From the NCBI RefSeq assembly GCF_003334255.1, contig NZ_QOWU01000005.1: a stretch of DNA of 64,000 nt. One strand, written 5' to 3'. Shown here piece after piece: positions 1 to 12,511 of the stretch. The stretch's first letter is position 1; each line of letters opens with the position of its first letter. The translations under genes were made by a program, and so were the position numbers. This DNA is from Escherichia coli. GTDB lineage: Bacteria; Pseudomonadota; Gammaproteobacteria; Enterobacterales; Enterobacteriaceae. The notes below the pieces were generated by a model. That model was given only the letters and a program-made list of their open reading frames with translations. It searched no databases and was not told the DNA's origin.

Positions 1-354
1 GGTACACCGATGCGTGAATTCCTGCACGTCGATGATATGGCGGCGGCGAGCATTCATGTCATGGAGCTGGCGCACGAAGTCTGGCTGGAGAACACCCAGC
101 CGATGCTGTCGCACATTAACGTCGGCACGGGCGTTGACTGCACTATCCGCGAGCTGGCGCAAACCATCGCCAAAGTGGTGGGTTACAAAGGTCGGGTGGT
201 TTTTGATGCCAGCAAACCGGATGGTACGCCGCGCAAACTGCTGGATGTGACGCGCCTGCATCAGCTTGGCTGGTATCACGAAATCTCACTGGAAGCGGGG
301 CTTGCCAGCACTTACCAGTGGTTCCTTGAGAATCAAGACCGCTTTCGGGGGTAA
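1..354 (+). CDS. fcl: GDP-L-fucose synthase, C-terminal part (gene starts upstream of the window)
   Basis: ORF 10..354 translation matches the Fcl C-terminus as recalled (…[54 protein letters not shown]…); sits at the expected place in the wca cluster. Confidence 0.85.
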   Translation, partial: GTPMREFLHVDDMAAASIHVMELAHEVWLENTQPMLSHINVGTGVDCTIRELAQTIAKVVGYKGRVVFDASKPDGTPRKLLDVTRLHQLGWYHEISLEAGLASTYQWFLENQDRFRG

Positions 355-356
355 TG

Positions 357-836
357 ATGTTTTTACGTCAGGAAGACTTTGCCACGGTAGTGCGCTCCAC
401 CCCGCTTGTCTCTCTCGACTTTATTGTCGAGAACAGTCGCGGCGAGTTTCTGCTTGGCAAAAGAACCAACCGCCCGGCGCAGGGTTACTGGTTTGTGCCG
501 GGAGGGCGCGTGCAGAAAGACGAAACGCTGGAGGCCGCATTTGAGCGGCTGACGATGGCGGAACTGGGGCTGCGTCTGCCGATAACAGCAGGCCAGTTTT
601 ACGGTGTCTGGCAGCACTTTTATGACGATAACTTCTCTGGCACGGATTTCACCACTCACTATGTGGTGCTCGGTTTTCGCTTCACGGTAGCGGAAGAAGA
701 GCTGTTACTGCCGGATGAGCAGCATGACGATTACCGCTGGCTGACGTCGGACGCGCTGCTCGCCAGTGATAATGTTCATGCTAACAGCCGCGCCTATTTT
801 CTCGCTGAGAAGCGTACCGGAGTACCCGGATTATGA
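357..836 (+). CDS. gmm: GDP-mannose mannosyl hydrolase (Nudix)
   Basis: ORF 354..836; N-terminus [26 protein letters not shown], Nudix-like core; stop/start overlap with the next gene. Confidence 0.85.
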   Translation: MFLRQEDFATVVRSTPLVSLDFIVENSRGEFLLGKRTNRPAQGYWFVPGGRVQKDETLEAAFERLTMAELGLRLPITAGQFYGVWQHFYDDNFSGTDFTTHYVVLGFRFTVAEEELLLPDEQHDDYRWLTSDALLASDNVHANSRAYFLAEKRTGVPGL

Positions 837-2056
837 AAATACTGGTCTACGGCATTAACTACTCGCCGGAGTTAACCGGCATCGGCAAATACACCGGCGA
901 GATGGTGGAATGGCTGGCGGCACAAGGTCATGAGGTGCGGGTTATTACCGCACCGCCTTACTACCCGCAATGGCAGGTGGGCGAGAACTATTCCGCCTGG
1001 CGGTACAAACGAGAAGAGGGGGCCGCCACGGTGTGGCGCTGCCCGCTGTACGTGCCAAAACAGCCGAGCACCCTGAAACGCCTGTTACATCTCGGCAGTT
1101 TTGCCGTCAGCAGTTTCTTTCCTCTGATGGCGCAACGTCGCTGGAAGCCGAATCGCATTATCGGCGTGGTGCCAACGCTGTTTTGCACGCCGGGAATGCG
1201 CCTGCTGGCGAAACTCTCTGGTGCGCGTACCGTGCTGCATATTCAGGATTACGAAGTGGACGCCATGCTGGGGCTGGGCCTTGCCGGAAAAGGCAAAGGC
1301 GGCAAAGTGGCGCAGCTGGCGACGGCGTTCGAACGTAGCGGACTGCATAACGTCGATAACGTCTCCACGATTTCGCGTTCGATGATGAATAAAGCCATCG
1401 AAAAAGGCGTGGCGGCGGATAACATCATTTTCTTCCCCAACTGGTCGGAAATCGCCCGTTTTCAGCATGTTGCAGACGCCGATGTTGATGCCCTTCGTAA
1501 CCAGCTTGGCCTGCCGGATAACAAAAAAATCATTCTTTACTCCGGCAATATTGGTGAAAAGCAGGGGCTGGAAAACGTTATTGAAGCTGCCGATCTCCTG
1601 CGCGATGAACCGCTGATTTTTGCCATTGTCGGGCAGGGCGGCGGCAAAGCGCGGCTGGAAAAAATGGCGCAACAGCGTGGTCTGCGCAACATGCAATTTT
1701 TTCCGCTGCAATCGTATGACGCTTTACCCGCACTGCTGAAGATTGGCGATTGCCATCTGGTGGTGCAAAAACGCGGCGCGGCAGATGCCGTATTGCCGTC
1801 GAAACTGACCAATATTCTGGCGGTAGGCGGTAACGCGGTGATTACTGCAGAAGCCCACACAGAACTGGGACAGCTTTGCGAAACCTTTCCGGGCATTGCG
1901 GTTTGCGTTGAACCGGAATCGGTCGAGGCGCTGGTGGCGGGGATTCGTCAGGCGCTCCTGCTGCCCAAACACAACACGGTGGCACGTGAATATGCCGAAC
2001 GCACGCTCGATAAAGAGAACGTGTTACGTCAATTTATAAATGATATTCGGGGATAA
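833..2056 (+). CDS. wcaI: colanic acid glycosyltransferase WcaI
   Basis: 407-aa ORF with GT-B type sequence; conserved position between gmm and manC. Confidence 0.8.
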   Translation: MKILVYGINYSPELTGIGKYTGEMVEWLAAQGHEVRVITAPPYYPQWQVGENYSAWRYKREEGAATVWRCPLYVPKQPSTLKRLLHLGSFAVSSFFPLMAQRRWKPNRIIGVVPTLFCTPGMRLLAKLSGARTVLHIQDYEVDAMLGLGLAGKGKGGKVAQLATAFERSGLHNVDNVSTISRSMMNKAIEKGVAADNIIFFPNWSEIARFQHVADADVDALRNQLGLPDNKKIILYSGNIGEKQGLENVIEAADLLRDEPLIFAIVGQGGGKARLEKMAQQRGLRNMQFFPLQSYDALPALLKIGDCHLVVQKRGAADAVLPSKLTNILAVGGNAVITAEAHTELGQLCETFPGIAVCVEPESVEALVAGIRQALLLPKHNTVAREYAERTLDKENVLRQFINDIRG

Positions 2057-2058
2057 TT

Positions 2059-3495
2059 ATGGCGCAGTCGAAACTCTATCCAGTTGTGATGGCAGGTGGC
2101 TCCGGTAGCCGCTTATGGCCGCTTTCCCGCGTACTTTACCCCAAGCAGTTTTTATGCCTGAAAGGCGATCTCACCATGCTGCAAACCACCATCTGCCGCC
2201 TGAAAGGCGTAGAGTGCGAAAGCCCGGTGGTGATTTGCAATGAGCAGCACCGCTTTATTGTCGCGGAACAGCTGCGCCAACTGAACAAACTCACCGAGAA
2301 CATTATTCTCGAACCGGCAGGGCGTAACACTGCACCAGCCATTGCGCTGGCGGCGCTGGCGGCAACACGTCATAGTCCGGAGAGCGACCCGTTAATGCTG
2401 GTGCTGGCGGCGGATCATGTGATTGCCGATGAAGACGCGTTCCGTGCCGCCGTGCGTAATGCCATACCGTATGCCGAAGCGGGCAAGCTGGTGACCTTTG
2501 GCATTGTGCCGGATCTACCTGAAATCGGTTATGGCTATATTCGTCGCGGTGAAGTGTCTGCGGGTGAGCAGGATACGGTGGCCTTTGAAGTGGCGCAGTT
2601 TGTCGAAAAACCGAATCTGGAAACCGCTCAGGCCTATGTGGCAAGTGGCGAATATTACTGGAACAGCGGCATGTTCCTGTTCCGCGCCGGACGCTATCTC
2701 GAAGAACTGAAAAAATATCGCCCGGATATTCTCGATGCCTGTGAAAAAGCGATGAGCGCCGTCGATCCGGATCTCGATTTTATTCGCGTGGATGAAGAAG
2801 TGTTTCTCGCCTGCCCGGAAGAGTCGGTGGATTACGCGGTCATGGAACGTACGGCAGATGCTGTTGTGGTGCCGATGGATGCGGGCTGGAGCGATGTCGG
2901 CTCCTGGTCCTCATTATGGGAAATTAGCGCCCACACCGCCGAGGGCAACGTTTGCCACGGCGATGTGATTAATCACAAAACCGAAAACAGCTATGTGTAT
3001 GCCGAATCTGGCCTGGTCACCACCGTCGGGGTGAAAGATTTGGTGGTAGTGCAGACCAAAGATGCGGTGCTGATTGCCGACCGTAACGCGGTGCAGGATG
3101 TGAAAAAAGTGGTCGAGCAGATCAAAGCCGATGGTCGCCATGAGCATCGGGTGCATCGCGAAGTGTATCGTCCGTGGGGCAAATATGACTCTATCGACGC
3201 GGGCGACCGCTACCAGGTGAAACGCATCACCGTGAAACCGGGCGAGGGCTTGTCGGTACAGATGCACCATCACCGCGCGGAACACTGGGTAGTGGTAGCG
3301 GGAACGGCAAAAGTCACCATTGACGGTGATATCAAACTGCTTGGTGAAAACGAGTCCATTTATATTCCGCTGGGGGCGACGCACTGCCTGGAAAACCCGG
3401 GGAAAATTCCGCTCGATTTAATTGAAGTGCGCTCCGGCTCTTATCTCGAAGAGGATGATGTGGTGCGCTTCGCGGATCGCTACGGACGGGTGTAA
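2059..3495 (+). CDS. cpsB: mannose-1-phosphate guanylyltransferase
   Basis: 478-aa ORF; N-terminal nucleotidyltransferase motif [16 protein letters not shown] and C-terminal cupin-like domain. Confidence 0.9.
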   Translation: MAQSKLYPVVMAGGSGSRLWPLSRVLYPKQFLCLKGDLTMLQTTICRLKGVECESPVVICNEQHRFIVAEQLRQLNKLTENIILEPAGRNTAPAIALAALAATRHSPESDPLMLVLAADHVIADEDAFRAAVRNAIPYAEAGKLVTFGIVPDLPEIGYGYIRRGEVSAGEQDTVAFEVAQFVEKPNLETAQAYVASGEYYWNSGMFLFRAGRYLEELKKYRPDILDACEKAMSAVDPDLDFIRVDEEVFLACPEESVDYAVMERTADAVVVPMDAGWSDVGSWSSLWEISAHTAEGNVCHGDVINHKTENSYVYAESGLVTTVGVKDLVVVQTKDAVLIADRNAVQDVKKVVEQIKADGRHEHRVHREVYRPWGKYDSIDAGDRYQVKRITVKPGEGLSVQMHHHRAEHWVVVAGTAKVTIDGDIKLLGENESIYIPLGATHCLENPGKIPLDLIEVRSGSYLEEDDVVRFADRYGRV

Positions 3496-3496
3496 A

Positions 3497-3700
<204 letters not shown>

Positions 3701-3775
3701 GCGGTGTAAATAATGACAAAAACAAAATTGGCCGTTTCGGTCAGGGCCAACTATTGCCTGAAAAAGGGTAACGAC

Positions 3776-5146
3776 ATGAAAAAATTAACCTGCTTTAAAG
3801 CCTATGATATTCGCGGGAAATTAGGCGAAGAACTGAATGAAGATATTGCCTGGCGCATTGGTCGCGCCTATGGCGAATTTCTCAAACCGAAAACCATTGT
3901 GTTAGGCGGTGATGTCCGTCTCACCAGCGAAACCTTAAAACTGGCGCTGGCAAAAGGTTTACAGGATGCGGGCGTTGACGTGCTGGATATCGGTATGTCC
4001 GGCACCGAAGAGATCTATTTCGCCACGTTCCATCTCGGCGTGGATGGCGGCATCGAAGTTACCGCCAGCCATAACCCGATGGATTATAACGGCATGAAAC
4101 TGGTGCGCGAAGGGGCTCGCCCGATCAGCGGTGATACCGGACTGCGCGATGTCCAGCGCCTGGCTGAAGCCAACGACTTTCCTCCCGTCGATGAAACCAA
4201 ACGCGGTCGCTATCAGCAAATCAACCTGCGTGACGCTTACGTTGATCACCTGTTCGGTTATATCAATGTCAAAAACCTCACGCCGCTCAAGCTGGTGATT
4301 AACTCCGGGAATGGCGCAGCGGGTCCGGTGGTGGACGCCATCGAAGCCCGCTTTAAAGCCCTCGGCGCACCCGTGGAATTAATCAAAGTGCACAACACAC
4401 CGGACGGCAATTTCCCCAACGGTATTCCTAACCCGCTGCTGCCGGAATGCCGCGACGACACCCGCAATGCGGTCATCAAACACGGCGCGGATATGGGCAT
4501 TGCCTTTGACGGTGATTTTGATCGCTGTTTCCTGTTTGACGAAAAAGGGCAGTTTATCGAGGGCTACTACATTGTCGGCCTGTTGGCAGAAGCATTCCTC
4601 GAAAAAAATCCCGGCGCGAAGATCATCCACGATCCTCGTCTCTCCTGGAATACCGTTGATGTGGTGACTGCCGCAGGTGGCACCCCGGTAATGTCGAAAA
4701 CCGGACACGCCTTTATTAAAGAACGTATGCGCAAGGAAGACGCCATCTACGGTGGCGAAATGAGCGCCCACCATTACTTCCGTGATTTCGCTTACTGCGA
4801 CAGCGGCATGATCCCATGGCTGCTGGTCGCCGAACTGGTGTGCCTGAAAGGAAAAACGCTGGGCGAACTGGTGCGCGACCGGATGGCGGCGTTTCCGGCA
4901 AGCGGTGAGATCAACAGCAAACTGGCGCAACCCGTTGAGGCGATTAACCGCGTGGAACAGCACTTTAGCCGTGAGGCGCTGGCGGTGGATCGCACCGATG
5001 GCATCAGCATGACCTTTGCCGACTGGCGCTTTAATCTGCGCTCCTCCAACACCGAACCGGTGGTGCGGTTGAATGTGGAATCACGCGGTGATGTGCCGCT
5101 GATGGAAGCGCGAACGCGAACTCTGCTGACGTTGCTGAACGAGTAA
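3776..5146 (+). CDS. cpsG: phosphomannomutase
   Basis: ORF 3713..5146; likely start at the ATG at 3776 ([14 protein letters not shown]…); phosphohexomutase active-site region TASHNP present. Confidence 0.9.
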   Translation: MKKLTCFKAYDIRGKLGEELNEDIAWRIGRAYGEFLKPKTIVLGGDVRLTSETLKLALAKGLQDAGVDVLDIGMSGTEEIYFATFHLGVDGGIEVTASHNPMDYNGMKLVREGARPISGDTGLRDVQRLAEANDFPPVDETKRGRYQQINLRDAYVDHLFGYINVKNLTPLKLVINSGNGAAGPVVDAIEARFKALGAPVELIKVHNTPDGNFPNGIPNPLLPECRDDTRNAVIKHGADMGIAFDGDFDRCFLFDEKGQFIEGYYIVGLLAEAFLEKNPGAKIIHDPRLSWNTVDVVTAAGGTPVMSKTGHAFIKERMRKEDAIYGGEMSAHHYFRDFAYCDSGMIPWLLVAELVCLKGKTLGELVRDRMAAFPASGEINSKLAQPVEAINRVEQHFSREALAVDRTDGISMTFADWRFNLRSSNTEPVVRLNVESRGDVPLMEARTRTLLTLLNE

Positions 5147-5200
5147 TGTCGGATCTTCCCTTACCCCACTGCGGGTAAGGGGCTAATAACAGGAACAACG

Positions 5201-6595
5201 ATGACAAATCTAAAAAAGCGCGAGCGAGCGAAAACCAATGCATCGTTAATCTCTATGGTGCAACGCTTTTCAGATATCACCATCATGTTTGCCGGACTAT
5301 GGCTGGTTTGCGAAGTGAGCGGACTGTCATTCCTCTACATGCACCTGTTGGTGGCGTTGATTACGCTGGTGGTGTTCCAGATGCTGGGCGGCATCACCGA
5401 TTTTTATCGCTCATGGCGCGGTGTTCGGGCAGCGACAGAATTTGCCCTGTTGCTACAAAACTGGACGTTAAGCGTGATTTTCAGCGCCGGACTGGTGGCG
5501 TTCAATAATGATTTCGACACGCAACTGAAAATCTGGCTGGCGTGGTATGCGCTGACCAGTATCGGACTGGTGGTTTGCCGTTCGTGTATTCGCATTGGAG
5601 CGGGCTGGTTGCGTAATCATGGCTATAACAAGCGCATGGTCGCGGTGGCGGGGGATTTAGCCGCCGGACAAATGCTGATGGAGAGTTTCCGTAATCAGCC
5701 GTGGTTAGGGTTTGAAGTGGTGGGCGTTTACCACGACCCGAAACCGGGCGGCGTTTCTAACGACTGGGCGGGTAACCTGCAACAGCTGGTCGAGGATGCA
5801 AAAGCGGGCAAGATTCATAACGTCTATATCGCGATGCAAATGTGCGACGGCGCACGAGTGAAAAAACTGGTCCATCAACTGGCGGATACCACCTGTTCGG
5901 TGCTGCTGATCCCTGATGTCTTTACTTTCAACATTCTCCATTCCCGTATCGAAGAGATGAACGGCGTACCGGTGGTACCGCTATACGACACGCCGCTTTC
6001 CGGGGTAAACCGCCTGCTCAAACGTGCGGAAGATATTGTGCTGGCGACGCTTATTCTGCTGCTGATCTCCCCGGTGCTGTGCTGTATTGCGCTGGCGGTG
6101 AAACTCAGTTCGCCAGGGCCGGTTATTTTCCGCCAGACTCGCTATGGCATGGATGGCAAGCCGATCAAAGTGTGGAAGTTCCGTTCCATGAAAGTGATGG
6201 AGAACGACAAAGTGGTGACCCAGGCGACGCAGAACGATCCGCGCGTCACCAAAGTGGGGAACTTTCTGCGCCGCACCTCGCTGGACGAATTGCCGCAGTT
6301 TATCAATGTGCTGACTGGCGGGATGTCGATTGTCGGTCCGCGTCCGCATGCGGTGGCGCATAACGAACAGTATCGACAGCTCATTGAAGGCTACATGCTG
6401 CGCCATAAGGTGAAACCGGGCATTACCGGCTGGGCGCAGATTAACGGCTGGCGCGGCGAAACGGACACACTGGAGAAAATGGAAAAACGCGTCGAGTTCG
6501 ACCTTGAGTACATCCGCGAATGGAGCGTCTGGTTCGATATCAAAATCGTTTTCCTGACGGTATTCAAAGGCTTCGTTAACAAAGCGGCATATTGA
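5201..6595 (+). CDS. wcaJ: UDP-glucose:undecaprenyl-phosphate glucose-1-phosphate transferase
   Basis: 464-aa ORF; N-terminal TM helices and C-terminal sugar transferase domain (…PRPHAVAHNEQY…KPGITGWAQINGWRGET…). Confidence 0.9.
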   Translation: MTNLKKRERAKTNASLISMVQRFSDITIMFAGLWLVCEVSGLSFLYMHLLVALITLVVFQMLGGITDFYRSWRGVRAATEFALLLQNWTLSVIFSAGLVAFNNDFDTQLKIWLAWYALTSIGLVVCRSCIRIGAGWLRNHGYNKRMVAVAGDLAAGQMLMESFRNQPWLGFEVVGVYHDPKPGGVSNDWAGNLQQLVEDAKAGKIHNVYIAMQMCDGARVKKLVHQLADTTCSVLLIPDVFTFNILHSRIEEMNGVPVVPLYDTPLSGVNRLLKRAEDIVLATLILLLISPVLCCIALAVKLSSPGPVIFRQTRYGMDGKPIKVWKFRSMKVMENDKVVTQATQNDPRVTKVGNFLRRTSLDELPQFINVLTGGMSIVGPRPHAVAHNEQYRQLIEGYMLRHKVKPGITGWAQINGWRGETDTLEKMEKRVEFDLEYIREWSVWFDIKIVFLTVFKGFVNKAAY

Positions 6596-6596
6596 T

Positions 6597-8075
6597 ATGA
6601 GCTTACGTGAAAAAACCATCAGCGGCGCGAAGTGGTCGGCGATTGCTACGGTGATCATCATCGGCCTCGGGCTGGTGCAGATGACCGTGCTGGCGCGGAT
6701 TATCGACAACCACCAGTTCGGTTTGCTTACCGTGTCGCTGGTGATCATCGCGCTGGCAGATACGCTTTCTGACTTCGGTATCGCTAACTCGATTATTCAG
6801 CGAAAAGAAATCAGTCACCTTGAACTCACCACGTTGTACTGGCTGAACGTCGGGCTGGGGATCGTGGTGTGCGTGGCGGTGTTTTTGTTGAGTGATCTCA
6901 TCGGCGACGTGCTGAATAACCCGGACCTGGCACCGTTGATTAAAACATTGTCGCTGGCGTTTGTGGTAATCCCCCACGGGCAACAGTTCCGCGCGTTGAT
7001 GCAGAAGGAGCTGGAGTTCAACAAAATCGGCATGATCGAAACCAGCGCGGTACTGGCGGGCTTCACTTTTACGGTGGTTAGCGCCCATTTCTGGCCGCTG
7101 GCGATGACCGCGATCCTCGGTTATCTGGTCAATAGTGCGGTGAGAACGCTGCTGTTTGGCTACTTTGGACGCAAAATTTATCGCCCCGGTCTGCATTTCT
7201 CGCTGGCGTCGGTGGCACCGAACTTACGCTTTGGTGCCTGGCTGACGGCGGACAGCATCATCAACTATCTCAACACCAACCTTTCAACGCTGGTGCTGGC
7301 GCGTATTCTCGGCGCGGGCGTGGCAGGGGGATACAACCTGGCGTACAACGTGGCCGTTGTGCCACCGATGAAGCTGAACCCGATCATCACCCGTGTGTTG
7401 TTTCCGGCGTTTGCCAAAATTCAGGACGACACCGAAAAGCTGCGCGTTAACTTCTACAAGCTGCTGTCGGTGGTGGGGATTATCAATTTTCCGGCGCTGC
7501 TGGGGCTGATGGTGGTGTCGAATAACTTTGTACCGCTGGTCTTTGGCGAAAAGTGGAACAGCATAATTCCGGTGCTGCAATTGCTGTGTATTGTGGGGCT
7601 ACTGCGCTCAGTGGGTAACCCGATTGGCTCGCTGCTGATGGCGAAAGCGCGGGTCGATATCAGCTTTAAATTCAACGTATTCAAAACCTTTCTGTTTATT
7701 CCGGCGATTGTTATTGGTGGGCAGATGGCGGGTGCAATCGGCGTCACGCTTGGTTTCCTGCTGGTGCAGATTATCAACACCATTCTGAGTTATTTCGTGA
7801 TGATTAAACCGGTGCTCGGTTCCAGTTATCGCCAGTACATCCTGAGTTTATGGCTGCCGTTTTATCTCTCGCTGCCGACGCTGGTGGTTAGTTATGCGCT
7901 GGGCATTGTGCTGAAAGGGCAACTGGTGCTGGGGATGCTGCTGGCGGTGCAAATAGCCACAGGCGTGCTGGCGTTTGTGGTGATGATTGTGTTGTCGCGC
8001 CATCCGCTGGTGGTGGAAGTGAAGCGTCAGTTTTGTCGCAGCGAAAAAATGAAAATGCTTTTGCGGGCCGGGTGA
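6597..8075 (+). CDS. wzxC: colanic acid repeat-unit flippase (Wzx family)
   Basis: 492-aa polytopic membrane ORF; conserved position after wcaJ. Confidence 0.85.
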   Translation: MSLREKTISGAKWSAIATVIIIGLGLVQMTVLARIIDNHQFGLLTVSLVIIALADTLSDFGIANSIIQRKEISHLELTTLYWLNVGLGIVVCVAVFLLSDLIGDVLNNPDLAPLIKTLSLAFVVIPHGQQFRALMQKELEFNKIGMIETSAVLAGFTFTVVSAHFWPLAMTAILGYLVNSAVRTLLFGYFGRKIYRPGLHFSLASVAPNLRFGAWLTADSIINYLNTNLSTLVLARILGAGVAGGYNLAYNVAVVPPMKLNPIITRVLFPAFAKIQDDTEKLRVNFYKLLSVVGIINFPALLGLMVVSNNFVPLVFGEKWNSIIPVLQLLCIVGLLRSVGNPIGSLLMAKARVDISFKFNVFKTFLFIPAIVIGGQMAGAIGVTLGFLLVQIINTILSYFVMIKPVLGSSYRQYILSLWLPFYLSLPTLVVSYALGIVLKGQLVLGMLLAVQIATGVLAFVVMIVLSRHPLVVEVKRQFCRSEKMKMLLRAG

Positions 8076-8098
8076 ATGGTTGTTTTCGGTTCCGGCAA

Positions 8099-8375
8099 TA
8101 GTTGCCGGATGCGGCGTGAACGCCTTATCCGGCCTACGGCTCTGTGCTCGGGTCTTGTAGGTCTGATAAGACGCGTCAGCGTCGCATCAGGCACTGAATG
8201 CCGGATGCTGAATAAACGCCTTATCCGGCCTACGGTTCTGTGCTCGGGACTTGTAGGCCTGATAAGACGCGCCAGCGTCGCATCAGGCACTGAATGCCGG
8301 ATGCGGCGTGAACGCCTTATCAGTCCTACGGTTCTGTGCTCGGACCTTGTAGGCCTGATAAGACGCGCCAGGCAA
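8099..8375. repeat. REP/BIME array, three tandem units of about 95 bp
   Basis: Three near-identical tandem units containing GCCGGATGCGGCGTGAACGCCTTATCCGGCCTACGG and GTAGGCCTGATAAGACGCG; ORFs 8027..8419 and 8076..8438 are translations of these repeats. Confidence 0.8.
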
Positions 8376-8434
8376 AAAGCGGCAACGAACACAACAAACA
8401 CAGCCTCACCTGACATCAAATTTATGAGGAAAAA

Positions 8435-9715
8435 ATGAAATTACTGATTCTGGGCAACCACACTTGCGGCAATCGCGGCGACAGCGCCATCTTGCGCGGC
8501 TTACTTGATGCCATCAACATCCTCAATCCACACGCCGAAGTGGACGTAATGAGCCGCTATCCGGTCAGTTCTTCCTGGCTGCTCAACCGTCCGGTAATGG
8601 GCGATCCGCTGTTCCTGCAAATGAAACAACACAACAGCGCGGCGGGCGTTGTCGGGCGCGTTAAAAAAGTCCTCCGTCGCCGCTATCAGCACCAGGTATT
8701 GCTCTCGCGCGTCACCGACACTGGCAAGCTGCGTAATATCGCCATCGCCCAGGGATTCACCGACTTCGTGCGCTTGCTGTCAGGCTACGACGCCATTATT
8801 CAGGTCGGCGGATCGTTTTTTGTCGATCTCTATGGCGTGCCACAGTTTGAACATGCGCTTTGCACATTTATGGCGAAAAAGCCGCTGTTTATGATTGGTC
8901 ACAGCGTCGGTCCATTCCAGAATGAGCAATTTAACCAACTGGCGAACTACGTTTTTGGTCACTGCGACGCGCTGATCCTGCGCGAATCGGTCAGCCTTGA
9001 TTTGATGAAACGCAGCAATATCACTACCGCAAAAGTCGAACATGGCGTCGATACCGCGTGGCTGGTCGATCACCACACCGAAGATTTCACCGCCAGCTAT
9101 GCCGTTCAACACTGGCTGGACGTTGCCGCACAACAGAAAACGGTGGCCATTACCCTGCGCGAACTGGCACCGTTCGACAAACGTCTCGGCACCACTCAAC
9201 AAGCGTATGAAAAAGCCTTTGCCGGGGTGGTCAATCGCATTCTCGACGAAGGCTATCAGGTTATTGCGCTCTCCACCTGTACGGGTATCGACAGCTATAA
9301 CAAAGACGACCGCATGGTGGCGCTCAACCTGCGCCAGCACATCAGTGATCCTGCCCGTTATCACGTAGTGATGGATGAACTTAACGATCTGGAAATGGGC
9401 AAAATTCTCGGTGCCTGTGAACTCACCGTCGGTACGCGCCTGCACTCTGCCATTATCTCGATGAATTTTGCCACTCCGGCAATTGCCATCAACTACGAAC
9501 ATAAATCCGCCGGGATTATGCAACAGTTGGGACTGCCAGAGATGGCAATTGATATCCGTCATTTATTAGACGGCAGCCTGCAAGCGATGGTTGCGGATAC
9601 CTTAGGCCAGCTTCCGGCGCTGAATGCGCGACTTAGTGAAGCCGTCAGTCGTGAGCGTCAGACAGGAATGCAGATGGTGCAGTCTGTGCTTGAGCGCATC
9701 GGGGAGGTGAAATGA
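8435..9715 (+). CDS. wcaK: colanic acid biosynthesis protein WcaK (putative pyruvyl transferase)
   Basis: 426-aa ORF, MKLLILGNHTCGNRGDSAILRGL…, conserved position. Confidence 0.8.
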   Translation: MKLLILGNHTCGNRGDSAILRGLLDAINILNPHAEVDVMSRYPVSSSWLLNRPVMGDPLFLQMKQHNSAAGVVGRVKKVLRRRYQHQVLLSRVTDTGKLRNIAIAQGFTDFVRLLSGYDAIIQVGGSFFVDLYGVPQFEHALCTFMAKKPLFMIGHSVGPFQNEQFNQLANYVFGHCDALILRESVSLDLMKRSNITTAKVEHGVDTAWLVDHHTEDFTASYAVQHWLDVAAQQKTVAITLRELAPFDKRLGTTQQAYEKAFAGVVNRILDEGYQVIALSTCTGIDSYNKDDRMVALNLRQHISDPARYHVVMDELNDLEMGKILGACELTVGTRLHSAIISMNFATPAIAINYEHKSAGIMQQLGLPEMAIDIRHLLDGSLQAMVADTLGQLPALNARLSEAVSRERQTGMQMVQSVLERIGEVK

Positions 9716-10932
9716 AGGTCGGCTTCTTTTTACTGAAATTCCCGCTGTCGTCGGAAACCTTCGTTCTCAACCAAATTACCGCGTTTATTGATATGGGCTT
9801 TGAGGTGAAGATTGTCGCGCTGCAAAAAGGCGACACCCAGAATACCCACGCGGCATGGACGAAATACAACCTTGCCGCCAGAACCCGCTGGTTACAGGAC
9901 GAACCTACGGGCAAAATAGCGAAACTGCGCCACCGCGCCAGCCAGACCTTACGCGGCATTCATCGTAAAAATACCTGGCAGGCGCTCAACCTCAAACGCT
10001 ATGGTGCCGAGTCGCGGAACCTGATTTTGTCTGCCATTTGTGGTCAGGTCGCAACACCGTTACATGCCGATGTCTTTATCGCTCATTTTGGTCCAGCGGG
10101 GGTAACCGCAGCAAAACTACGCGAACTGGGTGTCATTCGCGGCAAAATTGCCACTATCTTTCACGGTATTGATATCTCCAGTCGGGAAGTTCTCAACCAC
10201 TACACTCCCGAATATCAACAACTGTTTCGCCGTGGCGACCTGATGTTACCGATAAGCGATCTGTGGGCCGGAAGGCTGCAAAAAATGGGCTGCCCCAGAG
10301 AAAAAATCGCCGTATCGCGCATGGGCGTAGATATGACGCGCTTTAGCCCGCGTCCCGTGAAAGCGCCCGCAACACCGCTGGAGATTATTTCCGTCGCACG
10401 CTTAACCGAGAAAAAAGGCCTGCATGTGGCGATCGAAGCCTGCCGGCAGTTGAAAGAGCAGGGCGTGGCATTTCGCTATCGCATCCTCGGCATTGGCCCG
10501 TGGGAACGACGCCTGCGCACGCTCATCGAACAATATCAACTGGAAGATGTGGTGGAGATGCCGGGCTTTAAACCGAGCCATGAAGTGAAAGCGATGCTCG
10601 ACGACGCGGATGTCTTCCTGTTGCCATCGGTAACGGGCGCGGATGGCGATATGGAAGGCATTCCGGTAGCGCTGATGGAAGCGATGGCGGTCGGCATTCC
10701 GGTGGTTTCTACTCTGCATAGCGGAATACCGGAACTGGTGGAGGCCGATAAATCCGGCTGGCTGGTGCCTGAGAACGATGCTCGCGCACTGGCGCAACGA
10801 CTGGCGGCGTTTAGCCAACTGGACACCGACGAACTGGCTCCTGTCGTCAAACGTGCGCGCGAAAAAGTCGAACACGATTTTAACCAGCAGGTGATTAATC
10901 GAGAACTCGCCAGATTGCTGCAGGCTTTATAG
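9712..10932 (+). CDS. wcaL: colanic acid glycosyltransferase WcaL
   Basis: 406-aa ORF, GT4-like C-terminus (…[20 protein letters not shown]…); 4-bp overlap with wcaK. Confidence 0.8.
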   Translation: MKVGFFLLKFPLSSETFVLNQITAFIDMGFEVKIVALQKGDTQNTHAAWTKYNLAARTRWLQDEPTGKIAKLRHRASQTLRGIHRKNTWQALNLKRYGAESRNLILSAICGQVATPLHADVFIAHFGPAGVTAAKLRELGVIRGKIATIFHGIDISSREVLNHYTPEYQQLFRRGDLMLPISDLWAGRLQKMGCPREKIAVSRMGVDMTRFSPRPVKAPATPLEIISVARLTEKKGLHVAIEACRQLKEQGVAFRYRILGIGPWERRLRTLIEQYQLEDVVEMPGFKPSHEVKAMLDDADVFLLPSVTGADGDMEGIPVALMEAMAVGIPVVSTLHSGIPELVEADKSGWLVPENDARALAQRLAAFSQLDTDELAPVVKRAREKVEHDFNQQVINRELARLLQAL

Positions 10933-10942
10933 AGGAGAACGT

Positions 10943-12337
10943 ATGCCATTTAAAAAACTCTCCCGACGCACCTTCCTGACGGCAAGCTCCGCGCTTGCCT
11001 TCCTCCATACCCCTTTCGCTCGCGCACTTCCCGCCCGACAAAGCGTTAACATTAACGACTACAACCCTCACGACTGGATCGCCTCATTTAAACAAGCCTT
11101 CAGCGAAGGGCAAACGGTCTTCGTGCCTGACGGATTGGTTTGTGACAATATCAACACCGGCATCTTTATCCCTCCCGGTAAAACGTTACACATTCTTGGA
11201 AACTTGCGCGGCAACGGCAGAGGGCGATTTGTCTTACAGGACGGCAGCCAGGTGACAGGGGAGGAGGGCGGCAGTATGCATAACATCACCCTGGATGTGC
11301 GCGGCTCTGACTGCACCATCAAAGGTCTGGCGATGAGCGGCTTTAGCCCGGTAACGCAGATTTATATCGGCGGCAAAAACAAACGGGTCATGCGCAACCT
11401 GACCATCGATAACCTCACTGTCAGCCACGCTAATTACGCCATCTTACGCCAGGGATTTCATAATCAGATTATCGGTGCCAACATCACCAACTGTAAGTTC
11501 AGCGACTTACAGGGCGACGCCATCGAATGGAACGTGGCGATTAACGACAGTGATATTTTGATATCTGACCATGTCATCGAGCGCATCAACTGTACCAACG
11601 GCAAAATCAACTGGGGAATCGGCATAGGCCTTGCAGGAAGCACTTACGATAATAATTACCCGGAAGACCAGGCAGTGAAAAACTTTGTCGTGGCGAATAT
11701 CACGGGATCGGATTGTCGGCAGTTGATCCATGTTGAAAATGGCAAACATTTTGTTATCCGTAATATCAAAGCCCGCAATATCACGCCGGATTTCAGTAAG
11801 AAAGCAGGCATTGATAACGCGACAGTTGCTATTTACGGTTGTGACAATTTCGTGATTGATAATATTGAAATGATTAATAGCGCCGGGATGTTAATCGGCT
11901 ATGGGGTAATTAAAGGCAAATATCTCTCGATACCGCAAAATTTCCGAGTGAATAATATTCAACTGGATAATACCCACCTTGCTTACAAATTGCGCGGTAT
12001 CCAAATCTCCGCCGGGAATGCTGTCTCCTTTGTGGCGCTGACTAACATTGAGATGAAGCGTGCGTCGCTGGAGTTACACAACAAGCCGCAACACCTTTTT
12101 ATGCGTAATATCAAGGTAATGCAGGAATCCTCTGTTGGACCAGCATTGAGCATGAACTTTGACATGCGCAAAGACGTTCGCGGCGTCTTTATGGCGAAAA
12201 AAGAAACACTGCTGTCTCTTGCAAATGTTCATGCGGTGAATGAAAAAGGGCAAAGCTCCGTCGATATCGACAGGATAAATCACCATATTGTTAATGTGGA
12301 AAAGATTAACTTTAGATTGCCGGAACGGAGGGAGTAG
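10943..12337 (+). CDS. wcaM: colanic acid biosynthesis protein WcaM
   Basis: 464-aa ORF with N-terminal signal/Tat-like sequence ([13 protein letters not shown]); last gene of the wca cluster. Confidence 0.8.
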   Translation: MPFKKLSRRTFLTASSALAFLHTPFARALPARQSVNINDYNPHDWIASFKQAFSEGQTVFVPDGLVCDNINTGIFIPPGKTLHILGNLRGNGRGRFVLQDGSQVTGEEGGSMHNITLDVRGSDCTIKGLAMSGFSPVTQIYIGGKNKRVMRNLTIDNLTVSHANYAILRQGFHNQIIGANITNCKFSDLQGDAIEWNVAINDSDILISDHVIERINCTNGKINWGIGIGLAGSTYDNNYPEDQAVKNFVVANITGSDCRQLIHVENGKHFVIRNIKARNITPDFSKKAGIDNATVAIYGCDNFVIDNIEMINSAGMLIGYGVIKGKYLSIPQNFRVNNIQLDNTHLAYKLRGIQISAGNAVSFVALTNIEMKRASLELHNKPQHLFMRNIKVMQESSVGPALSMNFDMRKDVRGVFMAKKETLLSLANVHAVNEKGQSSVDIDRINHHIVNVEKINFRLPERRE

Positions 12338-12511
12338 ATTTGCGACCATTCCTGGAAAAATGGAGCCATACTTAGGAACAATGCTACTGCAATCCACAAC
12401 GAAGCGGCGTAACATCACAAGTAATTCAGTAATCAATTCAGGGTAATTAATGCTGGCGAAAAAAATCGAACAAGCTATAATTCAGCAACCATTTTACAGG
12501 TGGATGAAATA

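Noticed and set aside
1085-1711. 208-aa minus-strand ORF
   Set aside because: Antisense within wcaI; no independent support.
5981-7196. Minus-strand ORFs of 255 aa (5981..6748) and 197 aa (6603..7196)
   Set aside because: Antisense to wcaJ and wzxC; no motif content or RBS support.
8027-8438. ORFs 8027..8419 (-) and 8076..8438 (+) of 120-130 aa, and a superficially CRISPR-like repeat pattern
   Set aside because: These are translations of the tandem REP/BIME units; the whole unit repeats (no unique spacers) and the sequence is the well-known GCCGGATGCGGCGTGAACGCCTTATCCGGCCTAC palindromic element, not a CRISPR array.
8780-9562. 260-aa minus-strand ORF
   Set aside because: Antisense within wcaK.
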